NCBI GenBank assembly: GCA_043823085.1
Contig: JBDRBE010000004.1
Location: forward strand, 133,510 to 197,509
Direction of reading: 5' to 3'
Length of the DNA: 64,000 nt
Source of the DNA: Candidatus Levyibacteriota bacterium
GTDB lineage: Bacteria; Patescibacteriota; Microgenomatia; Levybacterales; UBA12049
Every line of letters starts with the position of its first letter. Positions within the stretch are counted from its first letter, which is position 1. The translations under genes and the position numbers were made by a program. Positions 59,977-64,000 of this stretch are shown one piece after another. The notes beneath the pieces were generated by a model. That model did not search any database. It worked only from the letters and a program-made list of their open reading frames with translations, and was not told where the DNA came from.

Positions 59977-60252
59977 ATGTATTATACTTATATCTTATTG
60001 TGCCTCGATCTTAAAAACAAAAAGAAAAAATTTTACATAGGTTCAAGCGGCAATTTAAAAGAACGTATTTTTGATCATAAAACTAAAAGTGTGGAAACAA
60101 CTAAGATTTTTGATAAAATAGAGTTAGTTTATTACGAAGCTTGTCCTAACAGAACAGATGCCATAAAAAGAGAAAAGCAATTAAAAACAGGTTTTGGAAG
60201 AGGTTATATTAAAAGAAGACTTGAAAAATATTTAAATGACATGCGGTGGTAG
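59977..60252 (+). CDS. GIY-YIG family endonuclease
   Basis: YYTYIL...FYIGSSGNLKERIFDH...LVYYE...AIKREKQLK; stop codon overlaps the tRNA-Gly 5' end. Confidence 0.93.
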   Translation: MYYTYILLCLDLKNKKKKFYIGSSGNLKERIFDHKTKSVETTKIFDKIELVYYEACPNRTDAIKREKQLKTGFGRGYIKRRLEKYLNDMRW

Positions 60253-60314
60253 TTCAGTGGTAGAATGTCTCCTTCCCAAGGAGAAGGTCGGCGGTCCGAA
60301 TCCGCTCCACCGCT
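60243..60314 (+). tRNA. tRNA-Gly(CCC)
   Basis: GCGGTGG/CCACCGC acceptor, TCTCC-TT CCC AA-GGAGA anticodon arm, GGCGG TCCGAAT CCGCT T-arm. Confidence 0.93.
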
Positions 60315-60386
60315 CACACAGTATTATTAGTTTTTATTGATAAAATAGGATAAATGTACGATAATACCTAAATTAAAGAAAATAAT

Positions 60387-60826
60387 ATGAAAAAAGAAAA
60401 TATAAGAGTTGTTGGTGGAAGTTTAAGGTTTATTAGTGGAGAAGTTTATAGAGGCTTAGATACATTTAAAGGTGAGGATTATGTTGCGGGTAAGTTTGTA
60501 AGAGTCGGAAGATTATATTGGTTGTTTCTATGGATCCGTTGGTAAACCATGAATCATTGGTATGTCAGCCAGGGAAAGGCGCCGGAGACAAACAAAAAAT
60601 TCATGGAATTATTGATACATTAAGAACACAAGGAAGTGATAAGATCGATGCAGGATTTTATAACTTTTCAAAAAATTCAGAGATAATAGTATTAAGTGGA
60701 GAATCAAATGGTTTAAAAATCTGGGAAAATGACAATAGTCGAAATAAAACCGTAGAACTTTTTGAAAATCTAACTCCTGAAATTAAAGTCAGAAAAAAAG
60801 TAAAAAATAATGCGATAAAATTATAG
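60387..60826 (+). pseudogene. Hypothetical protein, apparently split by a 1-nt frameshift near 60509
   Basis: ATG 60387 ORF (MKKENIRVV...GKFVRVG) continues naturally into the 60518 ORF frame (KIILVVSMDPLVNH...DAGFY) if one A is added. Confidence 0.5.
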
Positions 60827-60855
60827 TTGACGGAATGGTTAAAATTTGGTAAGAT
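60827..60855 (+). promoter_or_regulatory. Promoter of pyrG (probably leaderless)
   Basis: TTGACG-17 nt-TAAGAT with TGn; GTG 5 nt downstream. Confidence 0.65.
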
Positions 60856-60860
60856 AAACC

Positions 60861-62531
60861 GTGCACGTAATAAAATCGACAAAACTAAAATACATTTTTG
60901 TTTCCGGTGGTGTGATTTCAGGAATCGGAAAAGGAACCACCGTTGCTTCAATCGCTTTTCTTCTTAAATCCGCCGGTTACAAAGTTGCTCCAATCAAATT
61001 TGAAAACTATTTAAATATTGACGCGGGAACTATTAATCCCATTGAACACGGAGATCCGTTTTTATGTGAAGACGGAACAGAAGCAGACATGGATATTGGA
61101 AGTTATGAAAAATTTATGGACGAGGATATGGGCAAAGATAATTTTGTCACCATGGGCGCAATCTATTCAACAGTTATAGAAAGAGAAAGAAGATTTGAAT
61201 ATAAAGGAGAAGATGTTGAAGCAATACCATGCATCACTGATGAAATCGTTGCCAGAATTAACAAATTAGCAAAAGAAAAAAAAGCTGATATTGCAATTAT
61301 AGAACTTGGTGGAACAGCGGGAGAATATCAAAATGTTTTTTATTACGAAGCATCAAGAATCTTAACTTTGAGAAATCCCGGAGATGTTATTCATATTCAT
61401 GTAAGTTATGTTCCAACACCAGCGCACTTGGGGGAACCAAAAACCAAACCCACTCAACTTTCTGTTAGAACTTTAAATTCCATGGGGATTCAGCCGGATT
61501 TTATTGTGGCGCGATCGGAAAAATATCTTGACCAAAGACGAAGAGAAAGATTTGCATTATTTTGCAACATGCATTCAGATGATATAATCTCCAGTCCTGA
61601 TTTATCAACTGTTTACGAAATTCCTTTAATCTTGCACAAACAAAATTTAGACAGTAAAGTTTTGCAAAAATTAGGGTTAAAAGCAATAGAGCCGGATCTT
61701 AAGGAATGGAATAATTTGCTTACAAAAATAAAGTCAAAAAAAGCAAAATCAGTTGAAATTGTAATTGTCGGTAAATATTTTGGTACCGGAGATTATCAAT
61801 TGCGTGATTCATACGCAGCGCTTTTTGATGCCATAGATCATGCGGCATGGCAAAATAATATAGAAGTAAAAACGCGCTGGGTTGACGCGGAAAAAGTTGA
61901 ATCCTCCTTCGCTAAAGCTTCGAAGGATAAACAAGAGAATGCTTTAGAAGAAGTTTTGGGTCATCCCAATGGGATTATTGTTCCAATCGGCTGGGGAATA
62001 AGAGGCGCGGAGGGAATGATTCAAACGGCGTCTTATGCAAGAAAAATGAAAATTCCCTATCTTGGACTTTGTTATGGCATGCAGTTAGCGGTTATTGCAT
62101 ATGGGCGGGATATTTTGGGTTGGAAAGATGCCAATACTACGGAAAACGATGAAAAAACAAGTCATCCTGTAATCCATATTATTTCAAAACAAAAAGAATT
62201 TATGGAAAGAAGAGCTTATGGAGGAACCATGAGGCTTGGGGCATGGGACGCAAGAGTTGAAAAAGGGACAAAAACTTTTGAAATTTATGGAAAAACTTTA
62301 ACCAGCGAAAGACATAGGCATAGATATGAGTTTAATGGTAAGTACTCAAAAGATTTCCAAGATAAAGGTTTAATTATTAGTGCAAGGTCGGTTAAAGAGG
62401 ATTTAGTTGAAATAATTGAATTATCCACCAAAGATCATCCGTTTTACATGGGAACACAGGGTCATCCGGAGTACAAGAGCCGTCCGTTAGAGCCTCACCC
62501 GATTTTTGTTGCCTTTCTTAAAGCCGCCTGA
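60861..62531 (+). CDS. pyrG: CTP synthase
   Basis: [48 protein letters not shown]. Confidence 0.98.
   Translation: MHVIKSTKLKYIFVSGGVISGIGKGTTVASIAFLLKSAGYKVAPIKFENYLNIDAGTINPIEHGDPFLCEDGTEADMDIGSYEKFMDEDMGKDNFVTMGAIYSTVIERERRFEYKGEDVEAIPCITDEIVARINKLAKEKKADIAIIELGGTAGEYQNVFYYEASRILTLRNPGDVIHIHVSYVPTPAHLGEPKTKPTQLSVRTLNSMGIQPDFIVARSEKYLDQRRRERFALFCNMHSDDIISSPDLSTVYEIPLILHKQNLDSKVLQKLGLKAIEPDLKEWNNLLTKIKSKKAKSVEIVIVGKYFGTGDYQLRDSYAALFDAIDHAAWQNNIEVKTRWVDAEKVESSFAKASKDKQENALEEVLGHPNGIIVPIGWGIRGAEGMIQTASYARKMKIPYLGLCYGMQLAVIAYGRDILGWKDANTTENDEKTSHPVIHIISKQKEFMERRAYGGTMRLGAWDARVEKGTKTFEIYGKTLTSERHRHRYEFNGKYSKDFQDKGLIISARSVKEDLVEIIELSTKDHPFYMGTQGHPEYKSRPLEPHPIFVAFLKAA
61905..61927. repeat. Palindromic insert in frame in pyrG
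   Basis: TCCTTCG CTAAAGCTT CGAAGGA perfect 7-bp arms; encodes SFAKASKD. Confidence 0.8.
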
Positions 62532-62544
62532 TATAATACTTTCT

Positions 62545-62838
62545 ATGATTCCGAAAATTGATTTTATTGTTGGAGATACTGTTAAAGTCTACCAAAAAAT
62601 TAAGGAAGATGAAAAAAGCCGGACTCAAGTTTTTGAAGGTGTGGTTTTGGCAATTAGAGGCAGAGATGAAAATAAAAGTTTTATGGTTCGAAAACTTGTC
62701 GGAGACATAGCTGTCGAAAGGATTTGGCCGCTAAGTTCCCCTCAAATCGAAAAGGTAGTTGTTAGGTCTCACTCAAAAAAGAAGGTTCGAAGAGCAAAAC
62801 TATATTATTTAAGAGATAAAAAATCACGAAGTAAATAA
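62545..62838 (+). CDS. rplS: 50S ribosomal protein L19
   Basis: [32 protein letters not shown]; start at ATG 62545. Confidence 0.97.
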   Translation: MIPKIDFIVGDTVKVYQKIKEDEKSRTQVFEGVVLAIRGRDENKSFMVRKLVGDIAVERIWPLSSPQIEKVVVRSHSKKKVRRAKLYYLRDKKSRSK

Positions 62839-62848
62839 TTAAATCTTC

Positions 62849-63217
62849 ATGAAGGGATCCGCAAATATTTCTCAGGGGAGAAGAGGGGAGACTCAAGCCT
62901 TAGAATACCTCATAAAAAAAGGTTATAAAATCATTGATAGAAATTTTAGAACAAGAAATGGAGAGATTGATTTAATTGGAATACAAAATAATGTTTTGGT
63001 TTTTATTGAAGTAAAAACACGAACATCACAGGATTTTGGAATACCATTTGAAGCAATTACCTATTATAAAATGAAAGCGCTTATTCGTGTCGCACAATAT
63101 TACAAAATGACCCATTCAAAATTACCAGAGCAAATGAGAATTGATGCGGTTTCGGTTCAATTAAATGATTTTGGAATGTCTACAATTGAGCATGTCGAAA
63201 ATATCTCCGGATTTTAG
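62849..63217 (+). CDS. yraN: YraN family (UPF0102) nuclease-fold protein
   Basis: [30 protein letters not shown]. Confidence 0.92.
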   Translation: MKGSANISQGRRGETQALEYLIKKGYKIIDRNFRTRNGEIDLIGIQNNVLVFIEVKTRTSQDFGIPFEAITYYKMKALIRVAQYYKMTHSKLPEQMRIDAVSVQLNDFGMSTIEHVENISGF

Positions 63218-64000
63218 GATTTTAATGATTTTATCTGGTCTCGAATTAAAGCGGCGGTTTCAAAATCTAAATTTTTAGCATATAAGATCATTTCCTTTCT
63301 AAGTTTTTTTATCAGCTGTTCTTTTTCGTCGGCAAGCAAAACATCTTTTTTGCCTATTTGCAAAAGTAAATCAAGACTTTTTTCTTCTTCTTTTTCTTTT
63401 TCTACTAATTTAGCCCTGATGCTTTTTTGAATTCCAATTGGCGTGATTTTATGTTTTTTATTATATCTTGTTTGTATTTCTCTTCTTCTTTCAACTTCTT
63501 TGATAGCCCCGCTCATGGATTTTGTGATATCATCAGCATACATAATAACAGTTGAATCCCTATGGCGGGCCGCTCTTCCCATTGTTTGGATAAGCGAAGT
63601 TTTACTTCTAAGAAATCCTTCTTTATCTGCATCAAGTATCACAACAAGAGAAACTTCGGGTAAATCAAGACCTTCGCGAAGTAGGTTTATGCCTATAATT
63701 ACATCATATTCTCCAATTCTTAAACTGTCTAAGATATCCTGCCGTTTGAGAGTTTCGATTTCAGAATGAAGATAAGTGACTTTAATTCCTTTTTCTTCAA
63801 AAAATGATGAGAGTTCTTCCGACATACGTTTTGTCAGAGTTGTGACAAGCGTTCTTTGTTTTTTCTTTGTCCTTTTTTTAATTTCTAAAATAAGATCTTC
63901 TATTTGTCCTTTGGTAGGCCGAATTATAATTCTTGGGTCGGTAAGACCGGTTGGTCGTATTAATTGTTCAATAATGCAATTATTTTCTTTAGCCAGAGAA
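63214..64000 (-). CDS. uvrB: Excinuclease ABC subunit B, C-terminal part (starts beyond window)
   Basis: [64 protein letters not shown]. Confidence 0.97.
   Translation of the reverse strand, partial: SLAKENNCIIEQLIRPTGLTDPRIIIRPTKGQIEDLILEIKKRTKKKQRTLVTTLTKRMSEELSSFFEEKGIKVTYLHSEIETLKRQDILDSLRIGEYDVIIGINLLREGLDLPEVSLVVILDADKEGFLRSKTSLIQTMGRAARHRDSTVIMYADDITKSMSGAIKEVERRREIQTRYNKKHKITPIGIQKSIRAKLVEKEKEEEKSLDLLLQIGKKDVLLADEKEQLIKKLRKEMILYAKNLDFETAALIRDQIKSLKS

Noticed and set aside
59873-60314. One tRNA-Gly with a large intron encoding the GIY-YIG nuclease
   Set aside because: The ghost acceptor GCGGGAT does not pair with the downstream 3' strand CCACCGC, the downstream tRNA is complete on its own, and I see no group I intron core.

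Overview
AT-rich, gene-dense bacterial chromosome segment whose gene content and organisation fit a Patescibacteria/CPR (Microgenomates-like) genome; this is an inference, no database search was run. It carries a peptidoglycan/division cluster (partial murE, murC, murB, murA, archaeal-type glmU, HAD, glmS, alpha/beta hydrolase, membrane-anchored murF, DegT-type PLP enzyme, Fem-type transferase, mraY, ftsW, murG, mini-ftsQ, ftsA, ftsZ), ileS, rodA, rplU-rpmA-parB, lepB and a surface-glycan glycosyltransferase cluster. A long minus-strand run follows (gatCAB, GGDEF, dnaE, F1Fo atp operon, pyrD/LOG/pyrF/pyrE), then asparaginase, murT-gatD, htpX-lemA-polX, a LysM protein, a GIY-YIG nuclease, pyrG, rplS, yraN and partial uvrB, plus four intact tRNAs (Val-CAC, Thr-CGT, Asp-GTC, Gly-CCC). 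The most unusual signals are below gene scale. (1) Degenerate 'ghost' copies of the 5' ends of tRNA-Gly, tRNA-Asp, tRNA-Val and gatC sit next to the intact genes; the tRNA ghosts are interrupted by palindromes, one ghost/intact pair brackets a GIY-YIG nuclease, and the intact tRNA-Asp is nested inside the anticodon of its ghost. (2) About a dozen 7-bp-period repeat tracts and several GC-rich palindromes are inserted in frame in housekeeping proteins. (3) One heptamer tract frameshifts the start of gatD like a phase-variation switch. (4) Many genes appear leaderless.
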